64,000 nucleotides of DNA. It comes from Acidimicrobiaceae bacterium. Lineage in GTDB: Bacteria > Actinomycetota > Acidimicrobiia > Acidimicrobiales > RAAP-2. The position numbers and the translations under genes are program-made. The notes below the pieces were generated by a model, which was given only the letters and a program-made list of their open reading frames with translations, was not told where the DNA came from and did not search any database. The stretch covers positions 13,521-77,520 of the forward strand of contig JAYVYR010000002.1 of NCBI GenBank assembly GCA_043784065.1. Direction: 5' to 3'. Positions 27,837-35,739 of the stretch are shown here, piece by piece (positions within the stretch are counted from its first letter, which is position 1; each line of letters starts with the position of its first letter).

Positions 27837-28988
27837 GTGCACGCTCCGACGGTACCCCGGGCGGGCCCGCCCGGTCGCTTCCGGGGCCAGCGCCGGTACG
27901 GTAACGCCATCGCCACAATCGCCCTCCTCTCCTTCCGCCTGGGCGGCACCGACGGCGTGGCCATCGAAGCCGCCAAATGGCAACGGGCCTTGGGCGAGCT
28001 CGGCTTCACCACCTACACGGTTGCCGGTGACGGGCCTGTCGATCAGGCGGTGCCCGGCCTGGCCATCGGCGCCACCGAGCCGCCGACACGGGCCGAAGTC
28101 GACGACGCCCTGGCCAGTGCTGATCTGGTGGTGGTCGAGAACCTTCTCTCCCTCCCCCTCAACCAACCAGCCTGGGATGTGGTGGCCGCAGCCCTCACCG
28201 GGCGTCCCGCCGTGCTCCACCACCACGATCTGCCCTGGCAGCGGCCGCAGTTCCTCGACCATTCCGGACCTCCCGTGGACTCCCGTTGGCGCCACGTCAC
28301 CATCAACGAGTTGAGCCGCCGGGAGCTGATGCGCCGGGGCATCGGTGCCCGGACCATCTACAATTCGTTCGCCGTGCCCAAGTCGGACACCGCCCCAGAC
28401 GGGCCCTTTCCGTTCCGTTCAGCCGCGGGAGAGGCCGTCCGTACTGCATTCGGCATCGGTCCTGACGACCGGCTGGTCCTCCAGCCGACTCGGGCCCTGG
28501 CCCGAAAGAATGTCTGGGCGGGCCTGACCTCGGCGACCTGTCTGGATGCCACCTACTGGCTGCTCGGACCGGCCGAGGACGGCTACGGACCGAAGCTCGA
28601 GCACCTCATGGCTGCGGCACAGTGCCCAATTGCATGGGGCATCCCGGAGCTCACCGGTGGGACAGGACCGGACGGGGCGATGCACATCGACGACGCCTAT
28701 CAAGCGTGCGACGTGGTCGCCCTGCCCTCCACCTGGGAGGGATTCGGCAACCCGAGCCTGGAGTCCGTGACCCACCGTCGGCCCTTGGTCATCGGCAGCT
28801 ACCCGGTGGCCGATGAATTGGCCGCCTTCGGGTTCGAATGGTTCCGGCTCGACACCATGGCCAAGCTCGACGCCTGGCTCACCACCCCCGATCCGGACCT
28901 ACTGGAACGGAACCTGGCGGTGGCCCGGGACCACTTCTCGCTCGATGACCTGGCCGATCGGATCGAAGCGGTCCTGCCGCCGATCTGA
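27837..28988 (+). CDS. GT-B fold glycosyltransferase (family 1/4-like)
   Basis: N-terminal IALLSFRLGGTDGVAIEAAKW and a C-terminal EGFGNPSLES (E-x7-E-like) motif. Its only canonical start is GTG 27837, 18 nt from the divergent crotonase start. Confidence 0.7.
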   Translation: MHAPTVPRAGPPGRFRGQRRYGNAIATIALLSFRLGGTDGVAIEAAKWQRALGELGFTTYTVAGDGPVDQAVPGLAIGATEPPTRAEVDDALASADLVVVENLLSLPLNQPAWDVVAAALTGRPAVLHHHDLPWQRPQFLDHSGPPVDSRWRHVTINELSRRELMRRGIGARTIYNSFAVPKSDTAPDGPFPFRSAAGEAVRTAFGIGPDDRLVLQPTRALARKNVWAGLTSATCLDATYWLLGPAEDGYGPKLEHLMAAAQCPIAWGIPELTGGTGPDGAMHIDDAYQACDVVALPSTWEGFGNPSLESVTHRRPLVIGSYPVADELAAFGFEWFRLDTMAKLDAWLTTPDPDLLERNLAVARDHFSLDDLADRIEAVLPPI

Positions 28989-29063
28989 GTCATCATCACC
29001 AGGTCTTGGCGGAGGCCGGTGTCGGAAACCCCTGGACACGGCAGGTTTCGGTCCGGGGCTACC

Positions 29064-29753
29064 ATGACCGCCATGTCGACCACCGCCGCCACGGGCCAGG
29101 ACAACGCGGCCGGTTCGGCCGAGTCCAGGCCGGCCCGGCGCCTCACGGCGGATGCCCGGCGCCGCCAATTGTTCGATGTGGCACTTTCGCTGTTCGCGGA
29201 GCACGGCTATTCGGCAACAACCATGGACGACATCGCTGAAGCGGCCGGCGTCACCAAGCCCCTCGTGTATCAACACTTCGACTCCAAGCGGGCCCTCTAT
29301 CTCGAACTACTCGATGTGGTCTCTCTCGGATTGATCGACCGGATCGTCCAGTCGACGGCGGTGGCCGAGGGTCCTCGCCAGCAGGTGGAACTGGGATTCG
29401 CCGGGTACTTCGAGCTCATGGTCGACAACGAGTTGGCCTTTCGCCTCCTCTACGGACGAGATGCCCCCGACGATGCCGAATTAGGAGCCGCCCTCCGTCG
29501 GGTCGAAGCAACCATCGCCCAGGCCATCGACCCCCTCATCGACGCTGGTCTCGACCCCGGACACCGGCTCCTGCTGGCCCATGCCGTGGTCGGCATGGCA
29601 GAAGGGGCCAGCCGCTACTGGCTAGATGCCCACGGCGGTCCTGCGGGCGATGCCTCGGAAAGCCAGATCGAGCGGGCGGCCGAGGCGGCCCGTCTGGCTG
29701 CCCAGCTGGCCGACTTCGCCTGGGCAGGACTCCGTCAGGTCCACCGCATCTAA
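29064..29753 (+). CDS. TetR/AcrR family transcriptional regulator
   Basis: RRRQLFDVALSLFAEHGYSATTMDDIAEAAGVTKPLVYQHFDSKRALY is a TetR HTH. Start taken at ATG 29064. Confidence 0.8.
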   Translation: MTAMSTTAATGQDNAAGSAESRPARRLTADARRRQLFDVALSLFAEHGYSATTMDDIAEAAGVTKPLVYQHFDSKRALYLELLDVVSLGLIDRIVQSTAVAEGPRQQVELGFAGYFELMVDNELAFRLLYGRDAPDDAELGAALRRVEATIAQAIDPLIDAGLDPGHRLLLAHAVVGMAEGASRYWLDAHGGPAGDASESQIERAAEAARLAAQLADFAWAGLRQVHRI

Positions 29754-29831
29754 CGACCATCGGCGTGGTCGACCGCCGCCTCGATTCGCGAGGTGGCGCC
29801 AAAAACGGCGAGAGAGGTCAGATCGGCGCGG

Positions 29832-30701
29832 TCACAGCTGGACCGCACCCCCGGCCACAGCCTGATTGACAGAGGCGACGACCCCGCCGGCGGCCTCGTT
29901 CGTAATGGCAAATGCCGACACTCCGGCGGAACCGGCCACACTGAAGGGAACGATGGCCGGGTGGGAGCCGAGCAGGCCCAACGAGATGGTCTTCGTCCCC
30001 ACCACGGCCCACAACTGATAGGTCCGGCCCGAAGGGAGCAGTGCAAGACCGTTACGCTGATCGTTGACCACGAAACCGGTGCCGGCCGCCGTCAGCACGA
30101 TGGAGGCCGGCGTCCGCCCGGGACCCGGGTGCGACGGGGAGGTCAGGATAATCCGCTTGCTGCCGCTGGCCGCTGCCGCCGCGTGCTCGGCCGCGGACAG
30201 CTGAGGTGAGGCCTGCAGGGCGCTCACCTGGGTGTGGAGGTGATTGGCCTGGACCCCGAAAGCCACGGCGACGACGGCTGCGGCTGCTGCCACCAGGCCG
30301 GCACCGGCCGTCACGAACCGCGATCGGCGCCGGGACTGATCAAGCGGGACCACGTCGCCACCGGAGGGCAGGTTGCCTGAGCGGTCGGAACCGTCTCGTC
30401 CGGTGACGCCGCTGCCGAGTAATTCGAGCTTGGCTGACAGGCGGTCCCATGACTCGTCGGAAGTCCCCCCGAGCTGACCGGCAATGCCATCCCACACCTG
30501 AACGGAAGGAGCGCCACCCGAATTGGCCAGCATGCCGGCAACCTCGTGGTGCTGGACCACCTCTATTGAACAACGCATGCACTCGTCGAGGTGCGCCTCC
30601 ACGATGGCCGCCGTCTCGCGATCCACGGCGTCGAGGGCGTAGACACCGAGGAGCTCCTCGATTTCAGCGTGACTGAGGGGGTTTGGCGGGTTGGAGTTCA
30701 C
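29832..30701 (-). CDS. Anti-sigma factor, zf-HC2 N-terminus plus RskA-like C-terminal domain
   Basis: HLDECMRC (H-x3-C-x2-C), a central TM segment and a C-terminal ...TYQLWAVVG... RskA-type domain. 4-nt overlap with the sigma gene. Confidence 0.75.
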   Translation of the reverse strand: MNSNPPNPLSHAEIEELLGVYALDAVDRETAAIVEAHLDECMRCSIEVVQHHEVAGMLANSGGAPSVQVWDGIAGQLGGTSDESWDRLSAKLELLGSGVTGRDGSDRSGNLPSGGDVVPLDQSRRRSRFVTAGAGLVAAAAAVVAVAFGVQANHLHTQVSALQASPQLSAAEHAAAAASGSKRIILTSPSHPGPGRTPASIVLTAAGTGFVVNDQRNGLALLPSGRTYQLWAVVGTKTISLGLLGSHPAIVPFSVAGSAGVSAFAITNEAAGGVVASVNQAVAGGAVQL

Positions 30702-31276
30702 AGTCCCGCTCCTGCCGGCTCGATGCCGCGCTCGATCATGTGGACCCGGAGGCGGCCGAGACCCGAGCGGATCCGGCTCTTGACGGTCCCCTCAGGCTGG
30801 TCGAGCATGGTGGCCACCTCCTGGTACGTGCGGCCACCGAAATAGGCGAGTTCGATCGGCTGACGCATTTCGTCGGGTAGTGCGCCGAGCGCCTCTTTGA
30901 CCTGCTCGGCCACCGTCATATCCCACACCTCGTGGTCGATGTCGTAGGCCGCGGTCGCCGTCTCACGTGTGGTCCGTTCTTCGCGTCGTTTGCGGGCTTC
31001 CTCGGAGCGCACGACGTCGACCGACTTGCCGTGGGTCCGGGCTAGGAGAAATGACCGCAGCGTGCCCCGTTGGGCATCGAACTTCTCGGGGCTCCGCCAC
31101 AAGTCGAGGAAGACCTCCTGGGCTACCTCCTCGGCGGGTGGGTCGGACCGCAGGATCCGGCGGGCCAACGCGTGCACTGCGCCGCCGTGACGGCGATAGG
31201 CCTCGGCGAGGGCGGGCTCGTGCCACCGGCCCACTGCAACCACGAGGTTGGCGTCACTCGCCTGTTCAAGGTCCAT
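30698..31276 (-). CDS. ECF (group IV) RNA polymerase sigma factor, SigK-like
   Basis: Region 2 (AEEVAQEVFLDLW) and region 4 (LAYFGGRTYQEVATMLDQPEGTVKSRIRSGL). Start at ATG 31276 (MDLEQ); the track ORF extends to 31492. Confidence 0.85.
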   Translation of the reverse strand: MDLEQASDANLVVAVGRWHEPALAEAYRRHGGAVHALARRILRSDPPAEEVAQEVFLDLWRSPEKFDAQRGTLRSFLLARTHGKSVDVVRSEEARKRREERTTRETATAAYDIDHEVWDMTVAEQVKEALGALPDEMRQPIELAYFGGRTYQEVATMLDQPEGTVKSRIRSGLGRLRVHMIERGIEPAGAGL

Positions 31277-31382
31277 TAGCACGGATACTATTCGAAGCGG
31301 ATCGACGCCCGGATGAGCAACCACGGTCGCACGCCAATCGGGTGCCGTAGCCGAAACCTGACCAAACCGGTAGGGTATCTGT

Positions 31383-31883
31383 GTGTTCACGTATCCCAAT
31401 CCGGTCAACGACAACGTCGGGCGTGCCGTGGCCAGCGGCGTCGTGCTCATGAGTGTGGCAGCTATTGCCTTTGACCAGACGTGGATCCTCATTCCCCTGG
31501 CCTACGGTTTCTGGGCCCGGGTCGTGGCGGGGCCGAAGTTCAGCCCGCTGGCCCTGCTCGCCTCGCGGGTGGTCGTCCCTTGGTTGGGCCGGGCACCGAA
31601 GCCGGTGCCGGGACCGCCCAAGCGCTTCGCCCAGGGCATGGGCGTCGTCTTCTCGACGACCGCACTGATCTTGGCCTTCGGCTTCGGTCTCGTCACCGCC
31701 GCCTGGGCGGTCCTCGCCCTACTGATCGGCGCCGCGTTCCTGGAGGCGGCATTCGGTATCTGCCTCGGCTGCAGAGTCTTCTCCCTCCTCATGCGGTTCG
31801 GAATCATCCCCGAGTCGGTATGCGAGGAGTGCGCCGACCTTTCCAAGCGGCATCCCCAACTGGCCGAATCCGCCGGATCGTGA
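31383..31883 (+). CDS. DUF4395 domain membrane protein
   Basis: FTYPNPVNDN... with four TM segments and the C-terminal CLGCRVFSLL...CEEC typical of DUF4395. Divergent from the ECF sigma gene. Confidence 0.75.
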   Translation: MFTYPNPVNDNVGRAVASGVVLMSVAAIAFDQTWILIPLAYGFWARVVAGPKFSPLALLASRVVVPWLGRAPKPVPGPPKRFAQGMGVVFSTTALILAFGFGLVTAAWAVLALLIGAAFLEAAFGICLGCRVFSLLMRFGIIPESVCEECADLSKRHPQLAESAGS

Positions 31884-31907
31884 GCCGAACGGAACCGGCA
31901 GCCTGAC

Positions 31908-32337
31908 GAACGACGAGTCGGCGACCGGCTACTGAACACGATTGATTTCGGTCCATTTACCTACGAAGACCAGGACCAGTGTTCGAGGGCAGCAGTCGTC
32001 TTCGCTGTCGGCGGCCCGGCGGTCGGATTCGTCAGCGTCGAACTGGTTGACGACGAAGCCCATATCGCCCAGCTTTCCGTGCTGCCCGAGCTGGGCCGCC
32101 AAGGCATCGGTCCGCTCACTGCTTGATGAAGCGATCCACTGGGCGCAAGGGCAGGGGCTGGAGGGAGTCACACTGACAACGTTCCGCGACGTGCCGTGGA
32201 ACGCTCCCTTCTACTCATCGGTGGGCTTCGTGGAGGTCGTCGACCCAGCCCTCGGGCTCGCCGCCATCCGGAGGGACGAGCAGGAGCGGGGGCCCGATGC
32301 GATGGGGCGGCGGCTGGCCATGCGCATGGCACTCTGA
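31908..32337 (+). pseudogene. GNAT N-acetyltransferase, 5'-truncated and frameshifted
   Basis: Frame 0 reads ...AAVVFAVGGPAVGFVSVELVDDEAHIAQLSVLPELGRQGIGPLTA-stop. Frame +1 continues RSLLDEAIHWAQGQGLEGVTLTTF...YSSVGF. Removing one C at 32112/32113 restores the GNAT motif A RQGIGRSLLDEA. No start codon or beta1-alpha1 region precedes it; the frame opens only 25 nt after the DUF4395 stop. Confidence 0.55.
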
Positions 32338-32356
32338 CCCGGTCCCAACCAGCCCT

Positions 32357-32881
32357 TCAGTCGAGGAGCGGCAGGAGCCGGCCACAGAGGTCGGCGAGCT
32401 CCTCGGCACAAGCCAGATAGTCGGCGTCCTCACCACCGGCCGGGTCCTCCACATCCTCCCAAGTCCCGAGCTCCACCTCGTCGAGCCGAAGAACTGCAAG
32501 CCGTTGAGCCAGCGGTTCTGCCCCCTTGGCCATGTCGCGCACCAATCGCTTGATCGAAGCGGTGCGCGCTGCAGCATCGGGATGCCTTCGGCGGATGTAG
32601 GCCACGTGCTCGGCAGCCATGGCCACAATGAGCACCGACCCGTCGATGTCGTCGTCGCCCACCTGATGGCTCCGATGCCCATCGGCGTTGCGTCCTACTG
32701 ACTCCAGAGCGGCGCGGGTCCGACGGCTCATCGGCTGGCCCTCGATGACGTGGGTCCCGGCCGTGACGATGCGGAGCGGTGCACCGCGCAGCATGGCACC
32801 GGCCATGACCGAGCGGGCGGCGTTGCCCGTACAGAGGGTGACGAGCAAAGGGGTGTGGGAACGGTCGGGGATGTCAGACAC
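32357..32881 (-). CDS. Low-molecular-weight protein-tyrosine phosphatase / ArsC-like family
   Basis: Active-site loop LCTGNAARS (CxGNxxRS). Start uncertain: GTG at 32881 or 32905, and the track ORF reaches 32959. Confidence 0.75.
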   Translation of the reverse strand: MSDIPDRSHTPLLVTLCTGNAARSVMAGAMLRGAPLRIVTAGTHVIEGQPMSRRTRAALESVGRNADGHRSHQVGDDDIDGSVLIVAMAAEHVAYIRRRHPDAAARTASIKRLVRDMAKGAEPLAQRLAVLRLDEVELGTWEDVEDPAGGEDADYLACAEELADLCGRLLPLLD

Positions 32882-32959
32882 GCCGACACGGTACCCGGTG
32901 GTCACGATCCGACGATGCGTTCGGCCTGCCAGCAACACGAAGACAACATCCCAGCTCAA

Positions 32960-33043
32960 CTACTTGACGTGCACCTCGAAGATGGCTCTGGCGATGATCA
33001 GCCGCTGGATCTCGCTGTTACCCTCGAAAATGGTGAAGGCCAT
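32960..33043 (-). pseudogene. Orphan 3'-terminal remnant of an acyl-CoA dehydrogenase gene
   Basis: Encodes (M)[26 protein letters not shown]-stop, near-identical to the C-terminus of the intact ACAD at 35740 ([26 protein letters not shown]-stop). By hand alignment the DNA is about 70-75% identical over about 85 nt, with differences mostly at third positions. Similarity stops abruptly upstream. Confidence 0.7.
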
Positions 33044-33287
33044 CGTGACTACGGTAAAGTTCCAGTTCAGAGCGTTGCGAGGACTACAAAAGTCCGATTC
33101 ACGGACCGCCAACGGCCACCATGCACTTCGAACGGCCCGATTCCTGGTTCGTCCCCGCCGCATCGCCGGCGGATGCTGCGACGCAGAGGCAGTGCCAACG
33201 AGGTGACCCTCTTGGGTGGCGTTATGCAACATGAGCTCGGCGTCCCAGAGCCGGCAAGGTGATCTACATTTCGTCTACAGTTGGGTG

Positions 33288-33518
33288 ATGGCTAAGAACA
33301 GCACGACAACGGTGCGGGTGAGACGACCGGATTCGGAACGTCTGGCAGCTCTTGCGAAGAGCCGACAGACGACGGTAGTGGAGGTCGTCCACACAGCGCT
33401 CGATGCCCTCGAACGTCAAGAGTTCATGCGCGGTCTGAACAAGGACCACCAGGATCTCGATTCCGCTGGTCGGGAGGCTCTTCTCGCCGAACAAGCGGAG
33501 TGGGATCCCCTCGTTTGA
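33288..33518 (+). CDS. Type II antitoxin (ribbon-helix-helix-like) of the MazF/PemK pair
   Basis: 76 aa, MAKNSTTTVRVRRPDSERLAALAKSRQTTVVEVVHTALDALE (beta-strand plus two helices). Overlaps the downstream toxin gene by 19 nt. Confidence 0.6.
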   Translation: MAKNSTTTVRVRRPDSERLAALAKSRQTTVVEVVHTALDALERQEFMRGLNKDHQDLDSAGREALLAEQAEWDPLV

Positions 33519-33850
33519 TCTGGCGTTCCGAGATCTACGAAGTCGACCTGGGTAGTCCGGTCGGCCACGAGCTGGCTCGGGTCCGTCCGGGCCTGATTGT
33601 CTCTGCCGACCTCGTCAACAACGGCTCCGGGCAGCTCGTGGGGGTCGTTCCGATCACGTCACGGGATTACGGGCTCAGGAGTCACGTCGAACTCGAGCCA
33701 GGCATGACGGGCCTCGATCACGTGTCGTTCGCCCGATGCGACCAGGTCCGAATGATCGCGGTGCGCCGTCTCCTGACTCGGCAAGGGCGCACACCTGTCG
33801 ACTCGATGGAATCCATCAACTGGGCCCTGCGCTTCATCTTCGACCTCTGA
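33500..33850 (+). CDS. mazF: Type II toxin, MazF/PemK family endoribonuclease
   Basis: IWRSEIYEVDLGSPVGHELARVRPGLIVSAD...VVPITSR...VSFARCDQVRMIAVRRL is the PemK/MazF fold signature. Confidence 0.8.
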   Translation: MGSPRLIWRSEIYEVDLGSPVGHELARVRPGLIVSADLVNNGSGQLVGVVPITSRDYGLRSHVELEPGMTGLDHVSFARCDQVRMIAVRRLLTRQGRTPVDSMESINWALRFIFDL

Positions 33851-33968
33851 CGGGATCAGGGTAGTGACGCCCTCTGGCCCGGTCCCGGACACGGCCGTCC
33901 CGACCTCGCGGCGGAATCCCACGCAGCCCTCGGTGGCCGGTCACAGCGTCGAGGAAGCGCCGGGCTGA

Positions 33969-34354
33969 CTACTCAATCATGCAGCGATCCATCGTGAGAA
34001 TCCCGGGAGTGGTGTCGTTGATCCCCCAACTGATGATCACCTGAGGATGAATGCGGAACTGCGGGGCACCCTCATTCTCTTCGATGGCGACGGTCCCCAC
34101 GATCTTGACCCTGCGCGGAGTCCAGGGGTCCATCGTGGCGAGATCATCGATCACCACAGTGGCCCGGGGTTGGCCACGATGTTCGTGTAGCGGACCGTAT
34201 GGGTGATGTCGAAGCCGGCTGTGACGATGTCGTCACCATTGACCGAGAAGATCACCGGAGCGACGTCGGGCTTGCCGGTCGCTGAGGCGGTGGCGAAAGA
34301 CATCAGCGGTTGTACTGCCAGATAGGCAAGTTCCGGGTCGGTAAACGCGCTCAT
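33969..34354 (-). pseudogene. Pyridoxamine 5'-phosphate oxidase family protein, single-nucleotide frameshift
   Basis: Two adjacent ORFs (34151-34354 and 33969-34157) form one PPOX-family protein. Frame A ends ...RYTNIVANPGPLW-stop; frame B reads PRATVVIDDLATMDPW.... Adding one C to the CCCC run (34166-34169, coding strand) restores NIVANPRATVVIDD. Confidence 0.6.
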
Positions 34355-34929
34355 GGGGCACTCTCCTTGTTGTGGGATGGTTCTGCGAATGAGGAACCGT
34401 CAGGACTCACTCCTCGATCTGCATCGTTTCGAGCATGGATCGTCACGGCGAACTCGAGCCTTCTGCCGGCCACGCCCTTAACCTTGGTGACTCCGGGGTC
34501 GTAGCGGTCCACGACCCCGGTTGCCGTGGCGGTGAACGATGAACCTTCGCAGACGGCCTCGTCGATTCGGACGTCCAGCGGGGTGCTCACTCCGCGGAGC
34601 GTGAGGTCTCCGGTCAGCAGCCCGTGGTCACCGTCCTGTTGCAGTTCGCTCGAGGCGAACGAGATCACCGGATGTCGGGTTGCGTCGAGGAAGCGCTTGG
34701 ACGTCACCGCCTTGTCGCGGCTCGAGTTCCCGGTGTCGAAGCTGAAGGTCGGGACGGTCAGCGAGACGGTGGAGGCGGTCGGTGTTGTGGCGACGGAGAT
34801 CCCTCCGGCGTCGATCGTCAACTTGCCAGCGACCTTCCCGAGCCCGAAAAGGTGTGTCGTGGTGAATTCGACCGTTGAGGCACCAAGTTCGATGCGATAG
34901 ATGCCCGGGGTGGGGGTCGTGTCGGACAC
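34351..34929 (-). CDS. YceI family (polyisoprenoid-binding-like) protein
   Basis: YRIELGASTVEFTTTHLFGLGKVAGKL... and ...RDKAVTSKRFLDATRHPVISF... are YceI-like domain motifs. 4-nt overlap with the downstream PPOX gene. Confidence 0.8.
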   Translation of the reverse strand: MSDTTPTPGIYRIELGASTVEFTTTHLFGLGKVAGKLTIDAGGISVATTPTASTVSLTVPTFSFDTGNSSRDKAVTSKRFLDATRHPVISFASSELQQDGDHGLLTGDLTLRGVSTPLDVRIDEAVCEGSSFTATATGVVDRYDPGVTKVKGVAGRRLEFAVTIHARNDADRGVSPDGSSFAEPSHNKESAP

Positions 34930-34954
34930 GAGGAGATCCTTCCTTCTGGATTAT

Positions 34955-34996
34955 TTGCATGCGCACACAAGACAATTACATTGTGTGCGCATGCAA
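34955..34996. promoter_or_regulatory. Perfect 16-bp inverted repeat, probable MarR operator
   Basis: TTGCATGCGCACACAA - 10 nt - TTGTGTGCGCATGCAA lies in the 79-bp divergent region between yceI-like (start 34929) and marR (GTG 35009). Confidence 0.6.
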
Positions 34997-35008
34997 TAAC
35001 ATGGGACG

Positions 35009-35497
35009 GTGACCGAGGACACCCCTGCCGCCCTGAACCCCGATGAGGAATCGATGTGGAGGGCGCTGACCTACCTCTTGACGCATCTCGGTAGGAGGTT
35101 CGGAGACGACCTGGCACAAGAGGCGAACGTCTCGCTGTCCGAGTACGTCGTGCTCGTGAACCTCTCGGAGGCCGAGCATCGCTGCCTCCGCATTGGAGAC
35201 CTTGCCGTCAGCTGCGACCTGTCCCCGAGCCGGATGTCACGGTTGGTCGATGAGATGGCACTCCATGGCTACGTCCAGAAGAGCCGCTCCCCCGACGACA
35301 GACGGAGCATGGCGGCCACCCTGACGCCCCAAGGGCTGAAGACGCTGAAGCGGGTCTATCCGGCTCAGCTCCGGAACGTCCGGAAGTGGGTCTTCGACCC
35401 GCTGTCACCCGATGAAGTGCGCCAACTGGGCGTCACGCTCGGCAGAATCCGAGACGGCCTGGTGTACGCCTCTGGCGCGGGGACGGACTCCCGATGA
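35009..35497 (+). CDS. MarR family transcriptional regulator
   Basis: 162 aa, LSEYVVLVNLSEAEHRCLRIGDLAVSCDLSPSRMSRLVDEMALHGYVQKSRSPDDRR is the MarR wHTH. Confidence 0.85.
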   Translation: MTEDTPAALNPDEESMWRALTYLLTHLGRRFGDDLAQEANVSLSEYVVLVNLSEAEHRCLRIGDLAVSCDLSPSRMSRLVDEMALHGYVQKSRSPDDRRSMAATLTPQGLKTLKRVYPAQLRNVRKWVFDPLSPDEVRQLGVTLGRIRDGLVYASGAGTDSR

Positions 35498-35739
35498 CCC
35501 GGGTCCGAGAGACCGGGCCAACACCAGCCGGACTTGTGCGACCGTGAAGCGATCGAACTGCTGGGCCCGGGTTTCTTCGGGTTCAGCCGCGACGGCAGCG
35601 GTAGATTGAGGTTCATCGCCGTCGAGGGCGTCAGCAACAAGCGGGACAAAGTTAGGACACGAATCCCATTTCGCCCAGTTTCGGTGACCCGAGCCCCGGA
35701 CGTCTCCCGCTGGGCGCCCGAAGTAGGATCCCAGTGCAG

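Noticed and set aside
28831-28839. GGTTCGAAT, a tRNA T-loop-like string
   Set aside because: It lies inside the glycosyltransferase CDS with no complementary T-stem, acceptor stem or anticodon arm around it. I found no credible tRNA anywhere in the window.
31277-31382. Searched the sigma / DUF4395 divergent region for an ECF-type promoter (GGAAC-N16-17-CGT or a SigK-like motif)
   Set aside because: Only loose matches (for example GAAAC ... CTG) and no convincing -35/-10 pair, so no promoter is called.
33088-33096. AAAGTCCGA, reminiscent of the RNase P RNA GGAAAGUCCGG box
   Set aside because: Only a partial match in the spacer next to the ACAD remnant, with no P4 partner sequence or other conserved RNase P regions.
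32960-35739. Looked for an integrase, transposase, terminal inverted repeats or a tRNA target that would define the islet as a classical mobile element
   Set aside because: None found in any frame, so the feature type mobile_element is not supported. Only the diverged direct repeat of the ACAD 3' end, lower G+C and gene decay are reported.
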